Under the pieces are notes generated by a model that saw only the letters and a list, made by a program, of their open reading frames with translations, was not told where the DNA came from and ran no database searches. A DNA stretch of 64,000 nt from Nitrospiria bacterium (lineage in GTDB: Bacteria; Nitrospirota; Nitrospiria; JACQBZ01), in contig DATIYJ010000041.1 of NCBI GenBank assembly GCA_035517655.1, positions 5,801-69,800 on the forward strand. The letters are read 5' to 3'. A program made the position numbers and the translations under genes. Of the stretch, positions 9,144 to 19,574 are shown piece by piece. The stretch's first letter is position 1; every line of letters begins with the position of its first letter.

Positions 9144-10544
9144 TTACGGTTTCCGGGAAAAGTCGAAGGCGTTCAAGATGTTGTTCGCTTTTGCGTCGCG
9201 CGGGCCGAGCGGCTTAAGGTCCCAGCGGGACTCGATGAATTTCAGGATCGACGTGGTGTCGTAGGGGGTGTGGTCGACGAAGCCCCGCTTGGCGTAGGGC
9301 GAGACGATGATCGCCGGGACGCGGGTGCCGGGCCCCCAGCGGTCCGCGACGGGCGGCGCGACGTGATCCCAGCGGCCGCCGTTCTCATCGTAGGCGATGA
9401 CGACGGCGCTTTCCTTCCAGTAGGGGCTTTCCATCACGGAATCCACCAGGTGTTTCACGTAGGCCTGGCCCTTGAGAAGGTCGGCGTAGCCGGGGTGCTC
9501 GTTTTCGGAGCCGATCGGCTTGACGAAGGACACCGCGGGCAAGGTCCCGTCCTTGAGCGCGGCGAGGAAGTCCGAGACGTCGCGCAGATGCTCGGCCTTG
9601 GCCGGCGTGCCGTCGGCGTACGCGGCGAAATAGTTGAAGGGCTGATGATGATACTGGAATAGTTTATCCGGCTTCCCGGCCATCGCGTCGTTCCAGCCTC
9701 CGGAGTACCAGGCCCAGGAGATCCCCTTTTCGCTCAGCCGGTCGCCGATCGTCGGCATCGTCTGGCGCGGCAGCAATTTTTCCGGGTCGGCGAGGCCGGC
9801 GGGACGGGGCCGGTTGAGGGGAAAGACGGTGTTGACTGCGTAGCCGTCGGGCGTGACCGCGCCGTCTTTCTCAAGACGGCCGCGGGCGTCCAGTCGAACG
9901 ACCTCGCCGCGCGGCGGGTGGGGCCACCGTGGCGTGCAGGCGCAGACCAGCCAGATGTGGTTGAGAAAGGATCCGCCGAACGCGGCGTGAAAGAAGCGGT
10001 CCGCGAGGGTGAACCGCTGGGCCAGCTGGCCTTCCGGGCCGTCGCTGACGTCGTAGTAGCCCATTGCGAGGCCGGCCGCGTCGCTCCACGCGACGAACTT
10101 GTCCATCTTTCCGCCGTCGATCTGGTACTGCTCCTGATAGAAGCGGTGGACCAGGTCGCCGGTTTTCATATTGGGCAAAACGTAGTCGCCCGCGTCGAAG
10201 GGCCCGACCGGAAGGTCCTTCGGGAAGCGCGGGTCGGGACCCGGCGGCTTCCGGGTCGTATCGATCGGCTGCGGCAGCGTTCGATACGGCCGTCCGTCCT
10301 TCATCACCTGTTTTGCCGCCCTCCCGGCACGGGCAAGGCCGTCCGCGCCGGGGAACTTCCCGTACAGGCCGTCGAAGCTCCAGTTCTCCTGATAGATCAC
10401 GACGACGTGGTTGATCTTCTTCAGGCCGGAGGCCGTCGCGCCTCCGCCGGGCGCGGCCGCCCGAAGACCGGAAGCGGAGAGGATCGCGGCCGCGATCCCG
10501 GCGATGAGGAGAAGGCGCGGTCCGTGCCGCGCTGCGAAGTTCAT
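9144..10544 (-). CDS. Phosphoesterase-family protein (phospholipase C / acid phosphatase AcpA-like), secreted
   Basis: Signal peptide MNFAARHGPRLLLIAGIAAAILSASG. Hallmark NHVVVIYQENWSFD motif of the PLC/AcpA phosphoesterase family. The ORF extends to 10586 but the likely start is 10544. Confidence 0.8.
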   Translation of the reverse strand: MNFAARHGPRLLLIAGIAAAILSASGLRAAAPGGGATASGLKKINHVVVIYQENWSFDGLYGKFPGADGLARAGRAAKQVMKDGRPYRTLPQPIDTTRKPPGPDPRFPKDLPVGPFDAGDYVLPNMKTGDLVHRFYQEQYQIDGGKMDKFVAWSDAAGLAMGYYDVSDGPEGQLAQRFTLADRFFHAAFGGSFLNHIWLVCACTPRWPHPPRGEVVRLDARGRLEKDGAVTPDGYAVNTVFPLNRPRPAGLADPEKLLPRQTMPTIGDRLSEKGISWAWYSGGWNDAMAGKPDKLFQYHHQPFNYFAAYADGTPAKAEHLRDVSDFLAALKDGTLPAVSFVKPIGSENEHPGYADLLKGQAYVKHLVDSVMESPYWKESAVVIAYDENGGRWDHVAPPVADRWGPGTRVPAIIVSPYAKRGFVDHTPYDTTSILKFIESRWDLKPLGPRDAKANNILNAFDFSRKP

Positions 10545-10713
10545 GGATCCCTCGTCAGCCATTATAATTCGCGACGACGCCGTCATGCGCGTTAAAGGCC
10601 TCGAGCCGGCGCTTTGACCATTCGCGCGCCTGCTGTTCCGTCATGATACACATCTCCGGTCGATTTGGCTGTGAGGTTGGGCGACAGAGAATAGTTCTCT
10701 GCCCCGTTTTTAG

Positions 10714-11004
10714 TCAGGGGCGTCGCCGGCCTCCGGGTCCTCCTCGTCCTCCTCCTCGATCTTCGCGTGGACGGGCTTCATTGACGTTGATCGCTCGGCC
10801 TTTTAACTCTTTTCCGTTCATGCCCTCGATCGCCGCCTGGGCCTCCGAAGCGGCGGGCATCTCCACAAACCCGAACCCTCGGGACCCTCCCGTGAACTTA
10901 TCCTTGACCACCTCGGCCGATTCGACTTTTCCAAAGGACTCGAAGGCCTGGCGCAACTCTTCATCCGCGACGTCGCGGGATAAATTGCCCACAAAAATTT
11001 TCAT
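10714..11004 (-). CDS. RNA-binding protein with an RRM domain
   Basis: RNP-2 IFVGNL and RNP-1 RGFGFVEM motifs. Gly/Arg-rich tail. Start at MKIFVGNL. Confidence 0.85.
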   Translation of the reverse strand: MKIFVGNLSRDVADEELRQAFESFGKVESAEVVKDKFTGGSRGFGFVEMPAASEAQAAIEGMNGKELKGRAINVNEARPREDRGGGRGGPGGRRRP

Positions 11005-11104
11005 CGATTCTCCTCTCCTGTTAAGGTCCGGTTCATGACGCCCAAGCGGAGCGCCGCGCAATGGCTGCATTTGGGGCAGCCGAAAAAGATAAGCATTCGG
11101 GCGC

Positions 11105-12835
11105 TCATTTATTCAACTCGGCCAGGAAAGTCGCCCCGTACCGAGCGAGCTTCTTCGGCCCGACCCCGCTGATCCGAAGCAATTCGTCTTCCGTGGAGGG
11201 GCGTTGCGCCGCCATTTCGAGCAGGACCGCATCGCTAAAAACGATGTAGGCCGGGAGGCCCTTCTCATCCGCCAGGCGCTTTCGCAATACCTTCAAGCGG
11301 GCGAACAGGGCGCCGGCCGCGTCGGGAATTTCATCCGACGGAACGGCGATACGCTTTTTGCTTCGAGGAAGCGGGCGATGCGCCGCCGCGGATGGAAGCG
11401 TCTCCAGCAGGTCCCACTTCCCGCAGACATCGCACGAGGCGCCGCAAGGCGCGAGGGTCTCGCCGAAGTAGGAGACCAGACTTTGATGCCGGCAGGAGTT
11501 GCGTTCGGCCCAATGGAACATCTCCCGCGTCTGCGCCTTCACCTTGTTTCGGAGTCGATCATCCGCGAGGTCGTCCAGGAAGCGGTCGTAGCTTAAGACC
11601 TCCGACCAGGAGTAAAAGAGGATGCAATCGCTTCCCACCCCGTCCCGGCCGGCGCGACCGATCTCCTGATAGTAGCCCTCGAGGCTCTTCGGCATGTCGC
11701 GATGGATCACATAGCGGATGTTCGATTTGTCGATCCCCATGCCGAAGGCCACCGTCGCCACCATCACCTCGGCGTCGTCCCGTTGAAAAGCCTCTTGCGA
11801 TCGGGACCGAAGGTCGTTCTCCATCCCGGCATGATAGGGCAGGGCGCGAACGCCGCGCGACGATAGAAACGCGGCGGTCTGCTCCACGCTCCTCCGGCTG
11901 AGACAATAGATGATCCCCGACTGTCCGGCGCGGGATTGAACCAGCCGCAGTATATCTTCCTTGGTCTCTCTTCCATTTCCCTTCTTGTAAACATGAAGGC
12001 GGAGATTCGGACGAAAGAACGATCCGCGGAAGCGGAGCGGCGCGACCATCCCCATCTGCCGGATGATGTCGACCGAGACCTCTTCGGTCGCGGTCGCCGT
12101 GAGCGCCAGGACCGGAACATCCCCGAAGCGGGACTTCAGCCCCGAGAGGTTTCGATACGAGGGCCGGAAGTCGTGGCCCCATTGGCTGATGCAATGGGCC
12201 TCGTCGACCGCGATGAGACGGATCCGGCAGGTCGACAAAAAATTAAGGAGAGGACCCTCCAGGCCCTCCGGGGCGGCGTAGACCAGATCATACTCCCCCG
12301 CCGATAATCGCGCCGTCCGCTCCCGACGCTCCGCGGGGGTCAGGCTTGAATTGATGAAGGTCGCCCGAATTCCGATTTCCGTCAAGCCGTCGACCTGATC
12401 CTTCATCAAGGCGATCAACGGTGAAATCACGAGGGTCGTCCCGGAAAGGATCCGGGCCGGGATCTGATAGGTCAGCGACTTGCCCGCCCCGGTCGGCATC
12501 ACTCCGATACAATCCCGCCCCGAGAGAACCGCCCGGATGATCTCTTCCTGCCCCGGTCGAAACGAGGGATAGCCGAAGGTCGACTTTAAGACTTCCCGAG
12601 GCTCGGGCGCGGAGGATCTCGCCGGGGGAGGGGCGGAGGAGGACAGAATCTGCAGGGAGGCGATCAGGGACGGACTGAAGAGCCGCGGTTCCGACCGGAA
12701 AAGGTCCCGCAGCCGATCGAGCCGCTCATCGAAGGATCGGCCGATCTTGGGATCGTCGGCCTTCTCCAAGGCGACAAGACGCGCCAAGGCCTCCACCTCC
12801 TGCGCCACCTGATCTTGGGACCATGGGTTAGACAT
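11105..12835 (-). CDS. recQ: ATP-dependent DNA helicase RecQ
   Basis: Motifs FRPGQEEII, MPTGAGKS, DEAH. Zn-binding region and C-terminal HRDC (RISGVGPKKLARYG). Confidence 0.9.
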   Translation of the reverse strand: MSNPWSQDQVAQEVEALARLVALEKADDPKIGRSFDERLDRLRDLFRSEPRLFSPSLIASLQILSSSAPPPARSSAPEPREVLKSTFGYPSFRPGQEEIIRAVLSGRDCIGVMPTGAGKSLTYQIPARILSGTTLVISPLIALMKDQVDGLTEIGIRATFINSSLTPAERRERTARLSAGEYDLVYAAPEGLEGPLLNFLSTCRIRLIAVDEAHCISQWGHDFRPSYRNLSGLKSRFGDVPVLALTATATEEVSVDIIRQMGMVAPLRFRGSFFRPNLRLHVYKKGNGRETKEDILRLVQSRAGQSGIIYCLSRRSVEQTAAFLSSRGVRALPYHAGMENDLRSRSQEAFQRDDAEVMVATVAFGMGIDKSNIRYVIHRDMPKSLEGYYQEIGRAGRDGVGSDCILFYSWSEVLSYDRFLDDLADDRLRNKVKAQTREMFHWAERNSCRHQSLVSYFGETLAPCGASCDVCGKWDLLETLPSAAAHRPLPRSKKRIAVPSDEIPDAAGALFARLKVLRKRLADEKGLPAYIVFSDAVLLEMAAQRPSTEDELLRISGVGPKKLARYGATFLAELNK

Positions 12836-13011
12836 CAGCGATGAGCTTAAAGGAGACGCGGAAAAAACTCAAGGGGATAAAATTTTCCGGTCACGGATCG
12901 AAAAATATTTCAGTCCGTCCCACATCCCGGCGGCAACGGCCCCACCGGCTCCGGTGCGGGGGAGCAATGTCGTTTTGCAAGACCTGACCCCACGCCTTTC
13001 GGGTTATTGGC

Positions 13012-13431
13012 TTATTTCCTTGCTCCCAACAGATTGAATTGGTCGTTAAAAACAATATTGGCAAGAAACCAATCGGATTTTGGTTTATAAAAATAGAATT
13101 CCCAAATCGTTGGTCCCTTCTCCGACTTTAGAACATAAACATAGCGGACGATGGACGTGCCGAATCGTTCTTCATGGATTAACTCACGCCCTAGAACCTT
13201 CCCATAAAGTCCCAAGGCCGTCTGGGTTTGCTGCTTCAAAAGCGTGACTGCCTGCGGTTTGTCTGTTGGGATACTCGAACCCACAAAGAGTTGATCATAG
13301 GCGCTACCGATATGACCTTGGTGTACCTCATTAAGAAAAGTCTCTACCATGGCCTTTGGCAATCCGTCATCCGCGGCGTAAGCACTGATCGGACAGAAAA
13401 GTAAAATTGCGAGAAAAATTCCTTTCTTCAT
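13012..13431 (-). CDS. Hypothetical secreted protein (low-GC orphan)
   Basis: Signal peptide MKKGIFLAILLFCPISAYA. Local GC is clearly below the genome background. RBS AAAGGAGG. Confidence 0.55.
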   Translation of the reverse strand: MKKGIFLAILLFCPISAYAADDGLPKAMVETFLNEVHQGHIGSAYDQLFVGSSIPTDKPQAVTLLKQQTQTALGLYGKVLGRELIHEERFGTSIVRYVYVLKSEKGPTIWEFYFYKPKSDWFLANIVFNDQFNLLGARK

Positions 13432-13496
13432 TTCGCCTCCTTTCAGCTTCGTGAAAACCTGAGGCTAAAGCCGATCTGCATCCGCCCCCCTTCCAC

Positions 13497-13543
13497 GGCC
13501 TATATATATAATAGATACAGATCGAATATATTGCTCCTTTTAG
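13497..13543 (-). promoter_or_regulatory. Conserved 45 bp AT-rich upstream element, copy A (candidate promoter)
   Basis: GGCCTATATATATAATAGATACAGATCGAATATATTGCTCCTTTT. Near-identical to 41439-41485. On the minus strand it reads TTCGAT-N16/17-TATATA, 66 to 112 bp upstream of the start at 13431. Confidence 0.5.
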
Positions 13544-13556
13544 GTGGGCCCTCGGG

Positions 13557-14144
13557 TCATTTCCAGGCGAGAATCTTCGGCTCCTTTCGGGAGGTGGGAG
13601 GCGTCTCGCCGCTCGGGTGGCCGACGATGATCGGGGCGAAGGCCGTGAAGCCGGCCGGGATCCCTATCTCCGTTTTTATCCCGGGATTGTTCAGGGCCGG
13701 AAGCGCCGAGCCGATGACGCAGCTTCCGAGTCCCATCGAGCAGGCGGCGAGCATGAGGTTCTCGGCGGCCAGCCAGCAATCGGCCGCGATGAACGGGCCG
13801 GTCGTCACGGCGCCGATGACGATGAGCGTGCCGGCGTTGTAGAAGAGGTTGAAGTCCGGCCGCCCGAAAATCTCAAGCGCGTGGCCGCCCCGGTCGAGAT
13901 GGGCGCGGTGAACCTCCTCCGCGAAGAGCGGCTTGGCCCGATCCGAGATGCGCTTCAGCGCGCTTGCGTCCTGGAGGATCACAAAGGCCCAGGGCTCCTC
14001 ATGCACCGCCGTGGGGGCGCGAACCGCGGCGGCGAGCAGCGCGCGGACGGTGTCCCGGTCGAGCTTACGGGGCGAGTAGTCGCGAACGGAGTGCCGGTTG
14101 TGGATCGCGTCCATGATGTTCATAACGGAATCGGATAGGGTCAT
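13557..14144 (-). CDS. Nitroreductase-family protein
   Basis: NAD(P)H-flavin nitroreductase fold motifs (HNRHSVRDY..., ...PWAFVIL...). AGGGAG RBS. Confidence 0.8.
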   Translation of the reverse strand: MTLSDSVMNIMDAIHNRHSVRDYSPRKLDRDTVRALLAAAVRAPTAVHEEPWAFVILQDASALKRISDRAKPLFAEEVHRAHLDRGGHALEIFGRPDFNLFYNAGTLIVIGAVTTGPFIAADCWLAAENLMLAACSMGLGSCVIGSALPALNNPGIKTEIGIPAGFTAFAPIIVGHPSGETPPTSRKEPKILAWK

Positions 14145-14392
14145 GATGTTCTCCCTTCAACGATAAATCGTTTCAATCTGAGGTTTGTGATGGATCGGGC
14201 CGGCGGAGCGGGCCGGTGAATCATGGATAGAATGGAAGGGGAGCGCGCGAGCATAAGGGGAAGCCTCCGGAAGCCGGGTCGAGGGTCGGGGCCTTGTTGT
14301 AGACCGCGGCTCAGGCCGGCCTTGAATCATTCCAGAATATACCGGATACGGAAAAAAAGAGCAAGAACGACGGTGAAAAAGACCGAGCCGGT

Positions 14393-15103
14393 TCAGGGAC
14401 GATTTTTACCGCAGCCTTGTCCGGGCACCGTGTCGTCGCAAAGGTAGAACCGCTGCAGGTACCGTGTCCAGTCCTCGATCGTGGCGTCGTCCAGACCGGG
14501 GGACCGTCGCGCCCGGATCACACGGTGCAGGCCGTACCGGCCTTGAAACACGCGGTAGACGTCGGCTTCTTCCATCGGGACGGCGGGGTTAACGCCGGGG
14601 TATCGGTCGCACGCGATGTAAAAGATGACGGAGGGGTAGGGCCCCGCGCGATCCTCATCAAGCTTTCGGAAGGTCAGGGTGTTCGCGCATCGGTTCCGGG
14701 CCGAAGCTTTTGTCGCGTCCATCACGGCCGCGGGATCGGGAACGACGGAGAAAGTCTCGCCGCCGTCGTAGGCGTACACCTTCGAGGTTCGCCAGTCCGT
14801 CCGCATCGTCAGCAGATCCGTCCAGCTCGTCACGGTTTCCGGGGGCAGCACGTATTCCGCGATGTCCACGTTCAAACGGGAGGTGGCGTGACCCAGGACC
14901 CACGGTTCCTTCACCCACCGGTCCATCATCACCGTCTCGGACGGCGGACTCTGGCGCAGCGAGGCGACCTCGTTCGTCAGTTCGACCGGGATGTACTCGA
15001 CGGGGAATTCGAGCGGAGATTCGACGGCGCGCTCGGCGCAGCCTCCGAGAAGGATGACGATCAAGGGACCCAGGGCCGGCCGAAACGCGGTCTTCCGATT
15101 CAT
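14393..15103 (-). CDS. Hypothetical lipoprotein
   Basis: Lipobox LLGGC after a short signal sequence. No recognisable domain. Confidence 0.55.
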   Translation of the reverse strand: MNRKTAFRPALGPLIVILLGGCAERAVESPLEFPVEYIPVELTNEVASLRQSPPSETVMMDRWVKEPWVLGHATSRLNVDIAEYVLPPETVTSWTDLLTMRTDWRTSKVYAYDGGETFSVVPDPAAVMDATKASARNRCANTLTFRKLDEDRAGPYPSVIFYIACDRYPGVNPAVPMEEADVYRVFQGRYGLHRVIRARRSPGLDDATIEDWTRYLQRFYLCDDTVPGQGCGKNRP

Positions 15104-15144
15104 GGCTGAAACCGTTTCTAGCGATGACGATCACGGCCCGGGAA

Positions 15145-15858
15145 TTATTTCTTGTGTTCGGGGATATCGTGAGCGCTGCTGTCCTTGCCGGCGATGAGGT
15201 CCATTTGATACTTGATGATTTCGGGATAAATGCCCTGCTTGAATTCCGGCAACGCGCCCAGTTCGGTGAATTTCGCCTTGGCCTCGTCAAAACGTCCGAG
15301 GCGGCGCGCAAGTTCACCCGCGAGCAACTGGGCGGTTTCCCATGTCCGGTCCCCTTCCTTCTTTCCGGCCGCCAGATACTTTTGGAAATGCTGCAGACTC
15401 AAATCGAGATATTGCTTTTCCTTTTCGGGCTGGTTTTCCACTTCCCATGAGGCTTCCAGATAGGTGTTGCTGATGTTCCATTCCGTGTTCCCCATGTATT
15501 CGAAGGTCTTTGCAAGCAGGAAGTAGGGCGTGTTGTCCTTCGCCAGATTCTGATAGTCCTGGGAAAGGACGAATTTCTGAAGGCGCTCCTTCTCGTCGGC
15601 TGTAAAGTCCTTTTTGTAAACGACAAAATGATTCGTCGGGCATACGGGAATTCGACGCGGGACCTTGAAGAACCCGATCGGTTTCAAGTCGAGCCTCATG
15701 CCGAGCCGGGCCCCGGACGGATCGACGGGGGTCTTAAATTTCGTCCCGTCCAGAGGGCAAGTGACTTCCACCTCGGTGTCCTCGGCGGCGGCCAGGCCGC
15801 CGATGAAAATCAACAGTACAACAAGCCAAACCCATCTGCGCGGTTTAACCATCGTCAT
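15145..15858 (-). CDS. Hypothetical secreted protein with Cys pairs and a TPR-like C-terminus
   Basis: Signal peptide. CPLDG...CPTN motifs. Helical C-terminal region. Upstream promoter-like TTGACT-N17-TATATA on the minus strand near 15935-15965. Confidence 0.55.
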   Translation of the reverse strand: MTMVKPRRWVWLVVLLIFIGGLAAAEDTEVEVTCPLDGTKFKTPVDPSGARLGMRLDLKPIGFFKVPRRIPVCPTNHFVVYKKDFTADEKERLQKFVLSQDYQNLAKDNTPYFLLAKTFEYMGNTEWNISNTYLEASWEVENQPEKEKQYLDLSLQHFQKYLAAGKKEGDRTWETAQLLAGELARRLGRFDEAKAKFTELGALPEFKQGIYPEIIKYQMDLIAGKDSSAHDIPEHKK

Positions 15859-16024
15859 TTCTCCTCTGCATTCGCCCGTCTCCGGGGCGGGTTCGCGATA
15901 TCCCGCATGATCGGTGAAACGTCAATAAGACATGTCCGATGTCATTCTTATATAATCCGCTTTCAAAAATAAGTCAATATTCGGTGACGAAGCAGCTCTG
16001 TATTTCTTCGCCCTGCGCGCCCGC

Positions 16025-16834
16025 TCAAAATTCCCAGACCAGGATGAGCCCCCGAGGGAGGGGCCAGATGTGGATCGACACCGGAGGAGTCCACTTCTTG
16101 TCGGCCACCCAGTAGCCGATGGAGCTGCCGATGCCGGCGCCGAGAATCACATCGGACAGGTAATGCTTGTCGTCGTAGATGCGCGAGAAGCCGGTCCCGG
16201 CGGCCATGGCAAAGAGGAAGGGAGTCTGCCAGTAGCCAAGGGTCGAGCGGAAATCCGCGTCCAACACGGACGCCATGGTGAAGGCCTCGGTGGTGTGGTC
16301 CGACGGGAAGCTTTCGTGGCCTTTCTTGAAAATGAACGGATGAAAGGCCAGCGCCCGGTCATGGTACAAAGGCAGCGCGCGGCCGCTGACCTTCGTGATG
16401 AGGGGCGTGACGAGGCCCGCGGCCAGGAAGCTCGCCTCCATGCCGTCGGCGGCGGCCCTTTTAACGGGTCCGAAATTGGAAACCGTCCCCAGGCTCCAGA
16501 GGTAGGCCTCCAAGGGCACCTGATAGTGGTAGTCTCCGAAGGAGGTCGAAAGATTGCTCAAGGAATGGTAAAAATCGGTCCGGTGCCCCTGGACATCCGT
16601 TTGAAATTCGCCGTCGTGGGCGAGGGCGAACCAGGTGGCGGCCATCACCCCTCCGGTGAGCATCCATTGTGTGCCGGAGAAGCCGATCGGTTGGGCGGGA
16701 AGCTCCCGAAGGTCGATCCAAAGCCGCACGGGGTAATCCACGGAGGGGGCCTGGTTCTCCTCGGCGTAGAGAAGGGAGTCCCGGTATGACACCAGGGCCA
16801 GGAAACAGAAAAAAAGTAAGATGTCTCGCGTCAT
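16025..16834 (-). CDS. PAP2-family phosphatase (phosphatidic acid phosphatase type 2 / haloperoxidase superfamily)
   Basis: PAP2 motifs PSDHT and SRIYDDKHYLSDV. Signal peptide or TM at the N-terminus. Confidence 0.8.
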   Translation of the reverse strand: MTRDILLFFCFLALVSYRDSLLYAEENQAPSVDYPVRLWIDLRELPAQPIGFSGTQWMLTGGVMAATWFALAHDGEFQTDVQGHRTDFYHSLSNLSTSFGDYHYQVPLEAYLWSLGTVSNFGPVKRAAADGMEASFLAAGLVTPLITKVSGRALPLYHDRALAFHPFIFKKGHESFPSDHTTEAFTMASVLDADFRSTLGYWQTPFLFAMAAGTGFSRIYDDKHYLSDVILGAGIGSSIGYWVADKKWTPPVSIHIWPLPRGLILVWEF

Positions 16835-16967
16835 CTTTTGGGGTGATCAAAGGCGACGGCCGTCCCGGCCGGTCCGCACGAATCCATTTCGCAAGCCAAC
16901 GGCGGGTCAATCAAAATATACCGGAGGCATGAAAAAACGTCAAGACGGGGCCCGGGCCGGCGGTTCG

Positions 16968-19574
16968 TCATCGGAACGACCGCCGCTTCGCGCGCGCGGT
17001 CGGTGTCGCGTTCCACGGATCGTCGGGCCACGGATGCCGGGGGTAGCGGCCTTTCAATTCCTTCTTCACCCCGGCGTAGGTCCGTTCCCAAAACCCCCGC
17101 AGATCCTGGGTGACTTGAATGGGCCGGCGGGCGGGCGAGAGGAGATGCAGCGTCACGGGAATTTTCCCGAAGCCCACGCGCGGCGTGTCGGCCGATCCGA
17201 ACATCTCCTGCAGCTTCACGGCCAGCGCCGGCGGTTCTCCCGGCCGGTATCGAAGCTGCAGCCGCGACCCGGAGGGAACCGTCAGGTGCGTCGGCGCGCC
17301 CTCTTCCAGCCGCTGTCGAAGCTTTAAGTCCAAGCGGGCCTTCAGAATCGCGGCAAGGTCCAGCCGGTCGAGATGCTCGCGGCGGACGACCTGCCTGCCG
17401 GCAGGCACGGCGCCGCCCAGATAAGGCCCGATCCATTCCTCGATCGTTTCTTGCAGCGCCGCGTCGGAGATATCCGGCCAGCCTTCCTGCGGGAACCATT
17501 GCCTAAGCGAGAGGACCCGAGCCTGATAATCGCGCGCCTCGCGAGACCAGGGGAGGGCCGCCACTCCCATGCTTCGGACGCCTTCCAGCGCGGCGGCGCG
17601 CAGCTTCTCCGGGTCCGGATCGGGGATCGCGCCGCTTCCGATAAGCAGTTGGCCCAGCCGCTCTTGGCGTTGCGCGATGATTTTTTGCCGCTGCGGATCC
17701 CAACGAACGACCTCTTCCGTTATGAACGCGTCGGCCAGCCCCCGCCGCAACGCCTCGATCTCGACGGCGGCGGCCAGATGGATCGTCCCCTCCGTCTCCT
17801 GCCTGCCGGCAGGCACGGCGCCCGCGTCGAGACTGGCCGCGACGAGATACGGCGGCCGCATCCGGTGCTCCTCCTTCGGCAGCCGCGCGCCGCGTCCGGA
17901 GGCGAGCCGGTAGCGGACGTCGCCGGGGGAGCGTTGCTGCGCGATCCGGTCCGGATAGGCGAAGGCCAGAAGCAAACCGGTTTGATCGAGGTCCCCCGCC
18001 GTCCCGGTCGTTTGATTCCGAACCAGACGAAGAAGCTGTCGCGCGGCCTGGTCGACGCGCTGGCAGGCGGCCGGATCGGCCCCGAACGACTTCGCGCCGC
18101 CCCGTCCGCGCGCGCGGAAAGCCCTCAGCGCCTCGATGCGAATCAGAAAATCGGCAGAACGCCGGCCGTCGCCCGCGAGCACGTCTCTCTCCGAGAGAAG
18201 GGCCGCGACATCGCAAGCCAGCGGAGCCAGCCCCGTCGCGCCGGCCCGCTGGACCATATGGGCGAGACGGGGATGGAGCGGCCACGCGGCCATCGCCCGC
18301 CCGGCCGCCGTGATCGCGCCGGCCGGATCGAGCGCGCCGAGCTCGGTCAGAAGACCGCGCGCCCGGGCCAGCGCGCCCGCGGGCGGCGGGTCGAGCCACG
18401 ACAGGGTCTCGGCGTCGTGCGCGCCCCATTGCGCCAGTTCCAGCGCCAGCGGCGTCAGATCGGCGGCGCGGATTTCCGGGACCGGCCGGTCCGTCAACCC
18501 GCGCTGGGTCGCCTCGCTCCAGAGACGGTAGCAGACGCCGGGGCCGAGCCGTCCGGCCCGTCCGGCGCGCTGCTCGGCCGAGGCGCGGGAGACGCGCATG
18601 GTCGTAAGCCGCGTCAGCCCGGTCCGCGGATCGAACTCGGGAACCCGGACGAAGCCGGAGTCGATCACGACCCCGATGCCTTCGATGGTCAGGCTGGTCT
18701 CGGCGATCGGCGTGGCCAGGACGATTTTGCGCCGGGCGCTTGGGTTCGGTCGGATCGCCCGGACCTGCGCCTCCCAGGGGAGATCGCCGTAGAGCGGGTG
18801 GACCCCGACCGGCGCGCCCCCGCCCGCCGGACCGGCAGGGGCCAGCGCCGCCTCCAGCAGTTCCTGCGTTCGACGGATCTCCCGGGCTCCCGGTAAAAAA
18901 ACCAGCAGGTCGCCGTTGTCCTGTTTCAGCGCGTGCAGCACGGACTGTTTTACGATCTCCGGAATCCGGCCTTCAAGATCGCGGGGATCGTGCGCCGCGT
19001 AACGAACCTCGACCGGAAAGCTGCGCCCGCGGCTGCTCAGGACCGGCGCATCTCCGAGGAGCGACGAGACGGCCCGGCCGTCCAGCGTCGCGGACATCAC
19101 GAGAAGCTTCAGGTCCTCGCGCAGCAGGCGGCGGCTGTCGATGCAGAGCGCCAGCGCCAGGTCGCCGTGCAGATGCCGCTCGTGAAACTCGTCGAAGATC
19201 ACGAGTCCGACACCCTCCAATCCCGGATCGGACTGGAGCCGGCGCGTGAGGATCCCCTCCGTCAGCACCTCGACGCGCGTTTTCGCCGATACCTTCGAAT
19301 CAAAGCGGATGCGGTAGCCGACCGTCTCGCCGACGGGTTCGCCCAGAAGCTCGGCCATCCGCGCGGCCGCGGCGCGCGCCGCCAGGCGTCGGGGCTCCAG
19401 CATCAGGATCGACCGGTCCGCAAGCCACGGCTCCTCCAGCAAGGATATCGGAACGACCGTCGTCTTTCCGGCGCCGGGCGGCGCCTGCAGGACGGCGGAC
19501 GGGCGGGCCTTCAGCGTTTCCCGCAGCGAGGGGAGAATCTCATGAATCGGCAACGGAACGGTTGAGCGGCTCAT
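16968..19574 (-). CDS. hrpB: ATP-dependent DEAH-box helicase HrpB
   Basis: Motifs LQAPPGAGKTT, DEFHER and SATL. 868 aa with the HrpB-type C-terminal domain. Confidence 0.9.
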   Translation of the reverse strand: MSRSTVPLPIHEILPSLRETLKARPSAVLQAPPGAGKTTVVPISLLEEPWLADRSILMLEPRRLAARAAAARMAELLGEPVGETVGYRIRFDSKVSAKTRVEVLTEGILTRRLQSDPGLEGVGLVIFDEFHERHLHGDLALALCIDSRRLLREDLKLLVMSATLDGRAVSSLLGDAPVLSSRGRSFPVEVRYAAHDPRDLEGRIPEIVKQSVLHALKQDNGDLLVFLPGAREIRRTQELLEAALAPAGPAGGGAPVGVHPLYGDLPWEAQVRAIRPNPSARRKIVLATPIAETSLTIEGIGVVIDSGFVRVPEFDPRTGLTRLTTMRVSRASAEQRAGRAGRLGPGVCYRLWSEATQRGLTDRPVPEIRAADLTPLALELAQWGAHDAETLSWLDPPPAGALARARGLLTELGALDPAGAITAAGRAMAAWPLHPRLAHMVQRAGATGLAPLACDVAALLSERDVLAGDGRRSADFLIRIEALRAFRARGRGGAKSFGADPAACQRVDQAARQLLRLVRNQTTGTAGDLDQTGLLLAFAYPDRIAQQRSPGDVRYRLASGRGARLPKEEHRMRPPYLVAASLDAGAVPAGRQETEGTIHLAAAVEIEALRRGLADAFITEEVVRWDPQRQKIIAQRQERLGQLLIGSGAIPDPDPEKLRAAALEGVRSMGVAALPWSREARDYQARVLSLRQWFPQEGWPDISDAALQETIEEWIGPYLGGAVPAGRQVVRREHLDRLDLAAILKARLDLKLRQRLEEGAPTHLTVPSGSRLQLRYRPGEPPALAVKLQEMFGSADTPRVGFGKIPVTLHLLSPARRPIQVTQDLRGFWERTYAGVKKELKGRYPRHPWPDDPWNATPTARAKRRSFR

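Noticed and set aside
8979-9662. Plus-strand ORFs antisense to the phosphoesterase gene
   Set aside because: They overlap a minus-strand gene with a clear family signature and signal peptide. Biased composition, no motifs.
17373-18896. 507 aa plus-strand ORF inside hrpB
   Set aside because: Antisense to a well-supported DEAH helicase. Arg/Pro/Gly-rich low complexity.
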